64,000 nt of DNA from Fibrobacteria bacterium (GTDB taxonomy: Bacteria; Fibrobacterota; Fibrobacteria; UBA11236; JADFYW01): NCBI GenBank assembly GCA_050294405.1, contig JBNKOC010000012.1, forward strand, positions 192,001 through 256,000, given 5' to 3'. Below the pieces are notes generated by a model. It was given only the letters and a program-made list of their open reading frames with translations, was not told the origin of the DNA and searched no databases. Below, in pieces: positions 1 through 9,398 of the stretch; positions within the stretch are counted from its first letter, which is position 1; each line of letters starts with the position of its first letter. The position numbers and the translations under genes were made by a program.

Positions 1-2
1 TA

Positions 3-338
3 AGCGATGGGGACACCTTTAAAAAAGTTTTGGAAATGTACAACTGGGTAAATAACGCCTGGATTAAGAGAGCCATAAACGCACTCCGAAGTGTTAAGGC
101 CGAAGGCAAATCTTTTATGGTGAAGGGGCAATTCGCCCGTGGAACACAACTCACATTAAACTTTGAAGATGGGGCCTTTCACAACGTGGCGGACCAAAAC
201 ATATTTGGCAGCTTGCTTCACCAGTTTGTAAGCCGTTATGCATCTATTAATTCCTTGGTTTCCCTGCGCTTTAAGTTTGAGCCGTCTGGGCAAATTGTAA
301 GTTGGAACGCTATGGAGGGTTTGTGCCAGGCTCTCTAA
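3..338 (+). CDS. tssF: Type VI secretion baseplate protein TssF, C-terminal part (gene starts before the window)
   Basis: Frame open from base 3; ends with the TssF-like IFGSLLHQFVSRYASINS...W..MEG motif; overlaps tssG by 37 bp as is typical. Confidence 0.85.
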   Translation, partial: SDGDTFKKVLEMYNWVNNAWIKRAINALRSVKAEGKSFMVKGQFARGTQLTLNFEDGAFHNVADQNIFGSLLHQFVSRYASINSLVSLRFKFEPSGQIVSWNAMEGLCQAL

Positions 339-1285
339 AAGAACAACTGGTTAAAGACCCTTGGGATTTTAATTTCTATTGGGCTACCCTGGTTATGGAG
401 AGCCATGTTAAGGATGGTTTTCCAGAAGTGGAAGACCCATTTGCTAGACATATAAAATTTGTTCCTGATAACTCGCTGGCTTTTCCAGCTTCAGATATAT
501 TGAAAATTTATCGAATGGAATCGGGTTACCGAATGGTGCTTTCTTTTATGGGTCTGTATGGAGTTTCTTCACCCTTGCCTTCGTATTTCATTGATGGAAT
601 TACCTTCAATAAGGAACATGCCCGTCCCCTAAAGGGTCTGTTGGAAATTTTTTCCCATCGAATTTATACCTTGTATTATAAGGCCTGGAAAAAAAATCAA
701 TCTATGTTTGCAGCCTTGTTGGGAAACGAGGATAAAATAACTAGTGGTTTTAAGCTGTTATCCTCACAATCCATTGCTTCTGTTAAATCCACGAGTAAAA
801 AAAATTGTCTGGAAGCAGTTGCAGGAGGAAGGTTATTTGGCGCCGCGGTACGCTCCGCTGAAAATTTGGCCCATCTTTTGGAGCAAGTTTTTCAACTGCC
901 GAAAGTGGAAGTTCAACAATGGCGTGGGCAGTGGATTCAAAACCCGGCCCCTAGCGTGCTTGATGGCACAGTGGCTCTTGGGAAGGGCTGTTTTTTAGGC
1001 AAATATTGTTTCGATGTATTGGGCTTTTTTAAAGTGAAAATTGGCCCGATGGAATTTTCTCTGTTTCAGAAATTTTTTCAAAAGGGAGTAGATGGAACAA
1101 CATTAGGAGAAAAAACCAAAGAATTTATAAAAAGTTTTTTAAGAGATCCTCTGGATTTTGATGTGGAATTGGAACTGCAAATTCCCGAGGGAGAAAAATG
1201 TGAATTAGGAGGTAACTTTGCCCAAATTGGCAGAGGGGCCTGGTTAGGAAGCAAACCGTCAGAAGCTTTGCTGGTCAGAGCTTGA
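302..1285 (+). CDS. tssG: Type VI secretion baseplate protein TssG
   Basis: SLAFPASDI, FMGLYGVSSPLPSY, IFSHRIYTLYYKAWKK motifs; between tssF and tssH. Confidence 0.92.
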   Translation: MERYGGFVPGSLKEQLVKDPWDFNFYWATLVMESHVKDGFPEVEDPFARHIKFVPDNSLAFPASDILKIYRMESGYRMVLSFMGLYGVSSPLPSYFIDGITFNKEHARPLKGLLEIFSHRIYTLYYKAWKKNQSMFAALLGNEDKITSGFKLLSSQSIASVKSTSKKNCLEAVAGGRLFGAAVRSAENLAHLLEQVFQLPKVEVQQWRGQWIQNPAPSVLDGTVALGKGCFLGKYCFDVLGFFKVKIGPMEFSLFQKFFQKGVDGTTLGEKTKEFIKSFLRDPLDFDVELELQIPEGEKCELGGNFAQIGRGAWLGSKPSEALLVRA

Positions 1286-1304
1286 GGAATAAAAGGAGTA
1301 AATC

Positions 1305-3992
1305 ATGATTGCGAATTCTATTAGAGCCATATTGGAAAAATTAAACAAATACGACAAAGGGTTGTTGGAAGGTGCTGTGGGTGCTTGCGTGAACAGAGGA
1401 CATTACGAAGTTACCGTAACCCATATTCTGGATCAGGCTTTTAGCGAAGGTTCTGGAGATTTACTATACATTTTAAATCATTTTAAAGTAGACCCAACAT
1501 TGTTCAAGTCGGCTCTGCAACAAGAACTCAAGGAGTTGAAAATTGGCAACACAGGAAAGCCTGTTTTTTCTCCAACACTCATTAACATATTGGAACTGGC
1601 CTGGTCTGAATCCAGTTTAAACTTGGGCGAAGCTGAAATCCGAACAGGTGGAATTTTGCTTGCTCTTAGAAAAAATCCAGGAATGTGTGGAGTTGGGTTG
1701 CAAGACCAGCTTGCTTTAATCTCTCCTGAGGCTTTAAGTGAAGGGTTCCACAAAATTGTAGGCGGTTCTAAAGAATCCGCCGGGGCGGCCACTACTAAAA
1801 GAGCAAAAGATGGAGAAGCTAAGGAGGGCTCTCATTTAGACCGATTTACTGTGAACTTTGTGGAAATGGCCAAAAACGGAAAAATTGATCCTATTTTCGG
1901 CCGGGATGAAGAAATTCTTCAGACCATCGATATTTTATCCCGTCGCCGAAAGAATAACCCCATTATGGTGGGTGAGGCTGGTGTGGGAAAAACCGCTGTA
2001 ATTGAAGGCTTGGCTCTTCGCATTGCGGAAGGAAAGGTCCCCGATGTATTAAAGGGCGTGGAAATCCGCAGCCTGGATATGGGTTTGTTATCTGCTGGAG
2101 CTGGAGTTCGCGGAGAATTTGAAAATCGGTTAAAAGGCGTTATCAGCGAAGTTAAAAATTCAGAAGTGCCCATTGTATTGTTTATTGATGAAGCCCATAC
2201 TATGATTGGGGCTGGCGGTGAGGCTGGTCAAAACGACGCAGCTAATTTGCTTAAGCCGGAAATGGCTCGGGGTGAATTAAAAATCCTGGCGGCCACTACC
2301 TTTACTGAGTTTAGAAAATATTTTGAAAAAGACCCTGCTATGGCCAGGCGTTTTCAGATGGTTAACATTAAAGAACCCGATCCGGAAACGGCAGCCATTA
2401 TGTTACGAGGTTTGCGTACGCGCTATGAATCTTTCCACGGTGTTAAAATTTCCTACGCTGCTATAAAGGCTGCCTGTGAACTTTCGGATAAATTTATTGC
2501 TGGTAGACAACTTCCCGATAAAGCTGTGGACTTGTTGGATACTGCTGCAGCCAGAGTTAAAATGGGATTAACCACTAAACCAAGCATGTTGCTGCAATGG
2601 GAACAAGCGGTTGGCAATTTGGAAATTGAGCTGGAAGCTTTGGAAAAAGATTATAAATCCGGAATTTTAACGGATACGGATATTTTGGAAGATACCAAAG
2701 AAAAGTTGGAATCCGCCAAGGCCAGGGTTAGCGAAATAGAGGGGCAATGGCAAAAAGAACTGGAAGCCGTTCGCGAAATTATAGCCTTGCAAGAAAAATT
2801 GGAGTTAGAAGAAACATCGGAAGATTCTAAAGGTTCCATCCGAACTGAAATTGATAGCAAATGGAAAACCCTGGAAGAGCTTCAGGAAGAAATTCCATTG
2901 GTGCATGCCCATGTATCTCCGGAAGTGGTGGCTCAAATTATTTCGGAATGGACAGGTATACCTGCCGGTAACATGGTCCGCGATGAAGCGGAAACCCTTC
3001 TCAATTTGGAAAACATTATCAATAAAAGAGTCAAGGGCCAAAGCTGGGGAGTCAGGGAATTGGCCAATACCCTTCGCAGCGCCAAAACAGGTTTGGGGAA
3101 TCCCAATGCACCCATGGGAGTTTTTCTGGTTACCGGTCCTTCAGGTGTGGGGAAAACCGAAGTAGCTACCACCATTTCTGATCTGTTGTTTGGAGGTGAA
3201 AAAGCCGTTGTTACCATTAACATGTCTGAATATCAAGACAGCATGTCTGTAACCCAGTTAAAAGGCGCAAGTGCAGGCTATGTAGGTTATGGAGATGGCG
3301 GTGTGCTAACAGAAGGCGTGCGCAAACGCCCCTATACGGTGGTTATCCTCGATGAAGTGGAAAAAGCCCACAAGGATGTATTGAATATGTTCTATCAGGT
3401 TTTTGATAAGGGAATATTGCGAGATGGTGAAGGTCGGGATATTAATTTTAAAAATACGGTAATTTTGATGACCAGCAACTTGGGACTGGAGACGATTACC
3501 CAAATGGCCTTAGAAGACAAAGAATACGAATACGAAGCTTATCGCGAAGCCATTGTGCCTGAGCTAACAGCTCACTTTGCTCCTGCTCTTTTGGCAAGAT
3601 GCAAAGTAGTGCCCTTTTTACCTCTTGGCTCCGATACATTGGCTGAAATTGTTCAGCTTAAATTAAATAAAGTGGGGAACAGGTTAATGGGAAGGCATAA
3701 CATAGCTTTTGCTGTGTCCCCTGAAGTTATTGAAGGGCTGGTGGCTCGTTGCACTCAGGTACAATCTGGCGCCAGAAATATCGATACCATTATCGATAAA
3801 GAACTGTTGCCTGAAATTTCCAGACAACTGTTGTTGGCTTTAACCGAGGAAAAATTTCCCACCCATTTGTATGTGGGAATGACAAATGAAGGGGCTTTTG
3901 ACTTTTATTTCACTCAGGGAGATTTTTATAATCCCGAATCAACCCCTGCCGAGGCAGCGGAAAATGTGGAAGAAGTGACCAGCGAAGCCTGA
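1305..3992 (+). CDS. tssH: T6SS AAA+ ATPase TssH/ClpV
   Basis: Two AAA modules (GEAGVGKT, GPSGVGKT), LSRRRKNNPI, ClpV-type N-terminus (HYEVTVTH, GKPVFSP), SGARNID; T6SS context. Confidence 0.95.
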   Translation: MIANSIRAILEKLNKYDKGLLEGAVGACVNRGHYEVTVTHILDQAFSEGSGDLLYILNHFKVDPTLFKSALQQELKELKIGNTGKPVFSPTLINILELAWSESSLNLGEAEIRTGGILLALRKNPGMCGVGLQDQLALISPEALSEGFHKIVGGSKESAGAATTKRAKDGEAKEGSHLDRFTVNFVEMAKNGKIDPIFGRDEEILQTIDILSRRRKNNPIMVGEAGVGKTAVIEGLALRIAEGKVPDVLKGVEIRSLDMGLLSAGAGVRGEFENRLKGVISEVKNSEVPIVLFIDEAHTMIGAGGEAGQNDAANLLKPEMARGELKILAATTFTEFRKYFEKDPAMARRFQMVNIKEPDPETAAIMLRGLRTRYESFHGVKISYAAIKAACELSDKFIAGRQLPDKAVDLLDTAAARVKMGLTTKPSMLLQWEQAVGNLEIELEALEKDYKSGILTDTDILEDTKEKLESAKARVSEIEGQWQKELEAVREIIALQEKLELEETSEDSKGSIRTEIDSKWKTLEELQEEIPLVHAHVSPEVVAQIISEWTGIPAGNMVRDEAETLLNLENIINKRVKGQSWGVRELANTLRSAKTGLGNPNAPMGVFLVTGPSGVGKTEVATTISDLLFGGEKAVVTINMSEYQDSMSVTQLKGASAGYVGYGDGGVLTEGVRKRPYTVVILDEVEKAHKDVLNMFYQVFDKGILRDGEGRDINFKNTVILMTSNLGLETITQMALEDKEYEYEAYREAIVPELTAHFAPALLARCKVVPFLPLGSDTLAEIVQLKLNKVGNRLMGRHNIAFAVSPEVIEGLVARCTQVQSGARNIDTIIDKELLPEISRQLLLALTEEKFPTHLYVGMTNEGAFDFYFTQGDFYNPESTPAEAAENVEEVTSEA

Positions 3993-4020
3993 TTGAGTTA
4001 AGTTATTAAGAGGTATATAT

Positions 4021-6201
4021 ATGGGAACAAATGATGGCTTAACTGGAATGACTGCGGATACTTCCCAGTTTTATTTTGGGGTGGATGCACTTCCCAAAGA
4101 TTTTTTTCAGGTATTGCAATTTAACGGTTCGGAATCTGTTTCTGAATGTTTTTATTTTAATTTGCAAGCTATTTCCCTGGAACACCAATTAAACTATGAA
4201 GAAGTAATTGGAAAAACCTTTATGTTCACCTTCTATTCCCATGAAGGAGAAATTAAACGGGGGGGAATGGTTGTTTCCTGCGAGCAGTATGCCACCTTGG
4301 GTGATTTTAGTACCTATCATCTTAAATTGGTGCCGCGCATATATAAGCTTTCATATCGCAGCAATAACCGGGTTTTCCAAAAAAAATCTATAGCTAAAAT
4401 AATTGAAGATGTACTAACAGATGCCGGCTTTGTTAAAAACCTGGATTTTAAGCAAGTATTGAACCCCATGCCTCAAGAAGAGGAGTTTGTGGTTCAATAC
4501 AACGAATCGGATCTAAACTTCATACAGCGCCTAATGGAAACCCATGGTATATATTATTACTTCGATCATGTAGATGGAAAAGATGTGTTAATGATGGTTA
4601 ATGTGAGTGCTGATGCCCCTGGCCTTCCGGAAAAAGCCCAATTGGCATTTAATCCTGATGGGGGAATGGTCAAGGGAGATTCTGCTTCTGTAAAAAACTT
4701 AGCCAAAGTGCATAGCTATGCTACGGGAAGGTATGCTTTCAAAGATTACAACTATCGCCAGCCTGATTCCAATGTATTAGGTCAATCGGGAGATGCCGAA
4801 ATGGGAGAGTGGTACGAGTATGCCAGCAATTTAAAAGACTCTCAAAAAGCGTCCCAATTAGCCTCTGTGAGGCAACAAATGCTTGATTCGGGTCGCACCA
4901 TATTTAGAGGAAATAGTGATTGCCGTTGGCTTTTTTCTGGTTTTCATTTTGAGTTAAGTGGTTCTGGGCCTTCTGGTTTTGACGGAAAATATTTTATAAC
5001 AAAAATTGAACATTCGGGAAACCAGGAAGCCGGGTTGCTCGGCAAAGGGGACTCTGTTACCTACTCAAATACATTTGAATGTTTGTCTTTGGAAACAGCT
5101 TATAGGCCGAGTTTGAAAACTCCTAAACCCCAAATGAACGGGATTCTTACTGCCAAGGTAGACGGGCCGGATGGACCCTATGCTCATTTGGATGAAGAAG
5201 GACGCTATAAAGTCAAATTTTATTTTGACCGAACTGATTTACAAAATGGGGAAGCTAGCTTACCCGTACGTCTGGCCCAACCTTATACAGGAAAGGGATA
5301 CGGGATGCATTTTCCTGTGCATAAGGGAACGGAAATTTTAATTGCCTTTGAAAATGGAGATGTGGATAGGCCAATCGGACTTGCCACGGTGCCTAACCCC
5401 TCTAATGGCACTCCAGTTACAAGCTCCAATAAATCCAACAACATATTGAAAACAGCTTCCGGCCATATACTGCAAATGAATGATTTGGAAGATGAAACCT
5501 CCATTAACCTTATTAGTTCTGGCAAACATAGCCTCTCTTTTCAGGATATTGAAAAAGAGCAGCAAATTGAATTAAAGTCCGCTAAAGAAAAAGTCCTTTT
5601 GCTTGATGATAAAAATGAACACATTACCTTAAAAACCAAAGATGGAACAAAGGTTATGAAGTTCGATGATAAGGACAAATACATATTGCTCCAAACGGAT
5701 TATGGGCATACGGTTAAAATGGATGATAAAAAGAAAGTTATCGACATACAGACCAAGGATAAACATTGCCTGTCCATTAATGATGATAAAAAAACCATTA
5801 CCCTCACAGATGGAAACAATAAAAATTCCATATACATCGATATTGGGAAAAATAAGATTATTCTAACATCAGAAGCAGACATGGTTTTAAAGGCAAAGAA
5901 TAACCTAGATATCCAGGCCACCAATATTAAAATGCAATCTAAGGGCGGTACTTTTGACTTGTCCGCAGATCAGGATATAAACATAACCAGCAAGACGAAT
6001 GTATCTGCCAAGGGTAACATGAAAATGAATCTGGAAGCAGGCATGGATTTAAGCGCCAAGGGCAGTTTGAATTTAAAACTGGAAGGCGGGGTTAATGTGG
6101 AGTCCAAGGCGGGTGTGGCTAGCAAAACCACAGGCACTCTTGTGAACGTGGAGGCCAAGGGGCTTAACACCATTAAAGGCGCCATGGTGATGATTAATTA
6201 A
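4021..6201 (+). CDS. vgrG: T6SS spike protein VgrG/TssI
   Basis: VQYNESDLNFIQRLMETHGIYYYF, DYNY, DEEGRYKV, GMHFPVHKGTEILIAFENGDVDRP; beta-helical C-terminal repeats. Confidence 0.93.
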   Translation: MGTNDGLTGMTADTSQFYFGVDALPKDFFQVLQFNGSESVSECFYFNLQAISLEHQLNYEEVIGKTFMFTFYSHEGEIKRGGMVVSCEQYATLGDFSTYHLKLVPRIYKLSYRSNNRVFQKKSIAKIIEDVLTDAGFVKNLDFKQVLNPMPQEEEFVVQYNESDLNFIQRLMETHGIYYYFDHVDGKDVLMMVNVSADAPGLPEKAQLAFNPDGGMVKGDSASVKNLAKVHSYATGRYAFKDYNYRQPDSNVLGQSGDAEMGEWYEYASNLKDSQKASQLASVRQQMLDSGRTIFRGNSDCRWLFSGFHFELSGSGPSGFDGKYFITKIEHSGNQEAGLLGKGDSVTYSNTFECLSLETAYRPSLKTPKPQMNGILTAKVDGPDGPYAHLDEEGRYKVKFYFDRTDLQNGEASLPVRLAQPYTGKGYGMHFPVHKGTEILIAFENGDVDRPIGLATVPNPSNGTPVTSSNKSNNILKTASGHILQMNDLEDETSINLISSGKHSLSFQDIEKEQQIELKSAKEKVLLLDDKNEHITLKTKDGTKVMKFDDKDKYILLQTDYGHTVKMDDKKKVIDIQTKDKHCLSINDDKKTITLTDGNNKNSIYIDIGKNKIILTSEADMVLKAKNNLDIQATNIKMQSKGGTFDLSADQDINITSKTNVSAKGNMKMNLEAGMDLSAKGSLNLKLEGGVNVESKAGVASKTTGTLVNVEAKGLNTIKGAMVMIN

Positions 6202-6423
6202 TTGCCATAGCGTTTGAAAATTGCCTTGGTTAAATAAATATTTTCGAATTTGAATGTTTTCCAGAATTGTTTATTTATTTTAAACATTTGTGGTCGGTTT
6301 CCCATAAAATTTAGAGTTATAGTAGATATATCCCTTAGTTTAAGAAATGGGACCTTTAAAAATTCATAAAAGCTAATAGGGCAATTGAGGCCCTAATTGT
6401 TTTCCATAAAAACCGGAGAGAAT

Positions 6424-7530
6424 TTGCGAAAACAAAATACTCTAACTTTGCCTACACTGTGGTTTCTATTAGTCCAAGTAGCATTTGGGCAAAGCTATGT
6501 GTCTCCTTTGGAAGGGAGCTTATTTGTTCACGATCCAGTTATAATAAAAGAAGAAGATACATACCATATATATTTTACCGGGCGCTGGGTTAGCCATAAA
6601 ACATCTTCCAATAGAATTTTTTGGGAAAGCGCAGGAACCGTATTTAATCAAAATGTGAGTTGGGTTGGGAGCGCAGTTCCCGGCAATAATGGTTTTGATT
6701 ATTGGGCCCCGGATGTTTTTTTCCATAATAACCGATATTGGCTTTATTATTCGGTTTCCACCTTTGGCCAGCAAGTATCCGCAATTGGCTTGGCCACAAG
6801 CCCAAGTTTAAATAATCCCAATTGGAGTGATCAAGGTATTGTTGTACAATCCCAGAGAGGAGATCCATACAATGCCATCGATCCAAACATTATAAAGGAC
6901 AAAGAAGGAAAAATGTGGATGAGTTGGGGATCTTTTTGGCAGGGACTGTATATTATTGAGTTAGATACAGCAAGCGGCAAACCTCTGGATGATGCAAGTC
7001 CCATACATATCGCCGGAAGAGGGGGCAAGGGCACTGAAGCCCCCTTTATTGTATATAAATACGGCTACTATTATTTGTTTTCATCCTGGGATAAATGCTG
7101 TGATGGAGTTACCAGCACCTACAATATTAGAGTGGGACGCTCCGAAAAGGTTACAGGCCCTTATGAGGATAAGGAAGGGGCTCGGTTATTGGATGGCGGG
7201 GGCAGTCTAATCGATGATGGGGATTCCAGATGGATTGGGCCTGGCCACAATTCGGTTATTACGGATAATGATACCACATTTTTAGTGAACCATGCCTACG
7301 ATGCCAATCAAAATGGCAGAGCCACCCTTATGATCCGCCCCTTGTATTGGACCGAAGATAACTGGCCTAGTTTAAACCCGGAAGATGGTGAAGTGACACC
7401 GGAGGAAAATACATCTGTAAAATCAATTCACAAAAAGTTTATTCCATTTGAAAAATCCCTTTTTACTAAAAATGGAATTTATTATGATGTTAGAGGCAGG
7501 GGAAAAAATATTGAATTAATATTAAAATAA
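6424..7530 (+). CDS. Secreted GH43 arabinan endo-1,5-alpha-L-arabinosidase
   Basis: VHDP, WAPD, NAIDP, WGSFWQG, EAPFI, GPGHN motifs; signal peptide; TTG start at 6424 follows GGAGAG (ORF track starts at 6397). Confidence 0.88.
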   Translation: MRKQNTLTLPTLWFLLVQVAFGQSYVSPLEGSLFVHDPVIIKEEDTYHIYFTGRWVSHKTSSNRIFWESAGTVFNQNVSWVGSAVPGNNGFDYWAPDVFFHNNRYWLYYSVSTFGQQVSAIGLATSPSLNNPNWSDQGIVVQSQRGDPYNAIDPNIIKDKEGKMWMSWGSFWQGLYIIELDTASGKPLDDASPIHIAGRGGKGTEAPFIVYKYGYYYLFSSWDKCCDGVTSTYNIRVGRSEKVTGPYEDKEGARLLDGGGSLIDDGDSRWIGPGHNSVITDNDTTFLVNHAYDANQNGRATLMIRPLYWTEDNWPSLNPEDGEVTPEENTSVKSIHKKFIPFEKSLFTKNGIYYDVRGRGKNIELILK

Positions 7531-7615
7531 GGGCAAAAATGGAGGCTCCCAATATCAGACCGGGCACGGAGACCAATTTTAGAATTCCTCAAAATAAAAT
7601 CGTTTATTTTCAATA

Positions 7616-8422
7616 TTATCCTGTGGATTTTCCAATTTTCAAAATTCTTATACTTCCCTGTATCACGATGGTAAATACGATAGCGCCTATTATTAGATCT
7701 GGAACTTTTGAATTAAACCAAAAAACCAAAATGCCCGCCATAATTACTCCAAGATTTATAATTACATCATTGGAGGTAAATATTAGGCTGGCTTGAATGT
7801 GGGCTTCTGATTTGTTTTTCGATTTCTGTAGCAGAAACAAGCAAACGGCGTTTGCAATTAAAGCCAACAGAGAAATGGAAATCATAGAATAATAATTGGG
7901 AGTATCTGTGGTTCCCATATATCTGCGCAAAACTTCCGTTATGCCAAATAGGGCCAAAGCGATTTGCATGTATCCGGCAAGTTTTGCAGAGTAGGCTTTT
8001 TTTGCAATGGACCCCCCAACTGCCATCAAACTCATTCCATATACAAAGGCATCTGCGAGCATATCTAAACTGTCGGCAACGAGCCCCATAGATTTGGAAA
8101 TAAGTCCAGAGAACAATTCAATGAGAAAGAAGGCCAGATTAATAACAAAAACAGCTATTAATATTTGTTTTTGGTTCTGGAGAGGTTCAAAGCTATCCTG
8201 CTGAGTTTTTTCTGTTTTTATTTTTTTGTGGTCCAAATTTAAATCGGATATGGACTTGTCAATAGTGTCAATTTGCCCGGAGTGCAGAATAGTTAACTTA
8301 CGCTGTGGTAAATCAAAATGAAGATCTTTTATTCCAGAAATATTGTTCAGTTTTAACCGAATTAAATTTTCTTCTGAACCACAATCCATTTTCTTGATTA
8401 TGTATATGGTTTTTTCATTCAT
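7616..8422 (-). CDS. Cation diffusion facilitator-type transporter with N-terminal HMA-like domain
   Basis: MDCGSEE N-terminus; SMGLVADSLDMLADA and FTSNDVIIN motifs; about 6 hydrophobic helices. Confidence 0.85.
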   Translation of the reverse strand: MNEKTIYIIKKMDCGSEENLIRLKLNNISGIKDLHFDLPQRKLTILHSGQIDTIDKSISDLNLDHKKIKTEKTQQDSFEPLQNQKQILIAVFVINLAFFLIELFSGLISKSMGLVADSLDMLADAFVYGMSLMAVGGSIAKKAYSAKLAGYMQIALALFGITEVLRRYMGTTDTPNYYSMISISLLALIANAVCLFLLQKSKNKSEAHIQASLIFTSNDVIINLGVIMAGILVFWFNSKVPDLIIGAIVFTIVIQGSIRILKIGKSTG

Positions 8423-8461
8423 AAAATTTCAAATCAGAAATGTAATTGAAAAAAATAACTT

Positions 8462-9349
8462 TTAATTCGTTTGGCACAGCGGGCAATATACAGTTCCCCT
8501 TTGAGATACTTCAATTTTAATTAAAATGGAATTGCATTTGCGGCAAGGCTGTCCACCTCTACCATATACCATAAGGCGTTCCTGGTTTTTGCCTTTGCTG
8601 CCATCGGGTTTGCGGTAATCGGAAATACTGGTCCCATAGTTTTTTATGCCCTTTTTTAGCACTTTTTGAATGCTGGGAGCGAGTCGGGCAATTTGTCCCA
8701 AAGAAAGATCGCCACTGGGGACATCGGGCAAAATCCCGGCCATAAACAAAGCTTCGTCACAGTAAATATTTCCAACTCCGGCAATAACATGTTGGTCCAG
8801 CAATAGGCTTTTGATATTGCGAACTCCCACATGGGCTGATATTTTTTTTTGCAATTCCCTGGAAGAATGTTCTAAAGGCTCCAGTCCAAGTTTTTGTATC
8901 CTGGGATGAGCTTTCCAGCTGTCGTTATGGGTAAATATTATTTTGCCAAAAGTGCGCACATCTCTAAATAACATATGGCCACCTGAGCTGAATAGCAAAT
9001 GTAAATGAGTGTGTTTATCTACTGGATGGGGGCCTTTGGCTCGTTCCAAACCCGTAATGCTGCGATCAAACCCCGGACTTTTTTGGGGGAGGGATTCAAA
9101 AAAACTGAGTTGTCCTGTCATACCCAAATGGATAATCAAGGAGTCCTGACTCAATTGAAAAATCAGATATTTACCTCTTCTTCTCAGAGACAAAATTTTT
9201 TGATGTTTTAAGTTTTTAGCAAAATTATTTGTATTTGTGCCCTCTAAAATTCTTGGGAGGGTTAATTTAACGTTGCTAATGACCTGCCCCTCAATTTTAT
9301 TAGATAGTAGGGCCTGACGGATGGTTTCCACTTCGGGTAGTTCTGGCAT
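8462..9349 (-). CDS. mutM: Formamidopyrimidine-DNA glycosylase
   Basis: MPELPEVE, RRGKY, HLGMTG, GVGNIY, C-terminal zinc finger CRKC...CPLCQ. Confidence 0.96.
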   Translation of the reverse strand: MPELPEVETIRQALLSNKIEGQVISNVKLTLPRILEGTNTNNFAKNLKHQKILSLRRRGKYLIFQLSQDSLIIHLGMTGQLSFFESLPQKSPGFDRSITGLERAKGPHPVDKHTHLHLLFSSGGHMLFRDVRTFGKIIFTHNDSWKAHPRIQKLGLEPLEHSSRELQKKISAHVGVRNIKSLLLDQHVIAGVGNIYCDEALFMAGILPDVPSGDLSLGQIARLAPSIQKVLKKGIKNYGTSISDYRKPDGSKGKNQERLMVYGRGGQPCRKCNSILIKIEVSQRGTVYCPLCQTN

Positions 9350-9398
9350 AGGGATAAAAATCTAGCATTTATTCCAAATTCTTGATACTTTTAAACTC

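Noticed and set aside
6424..7530. GH43 as a T6SS effector
   Set aside because: It has a Sec signal peptide and a sorting-like tail, its own upstream region and no immunity partner
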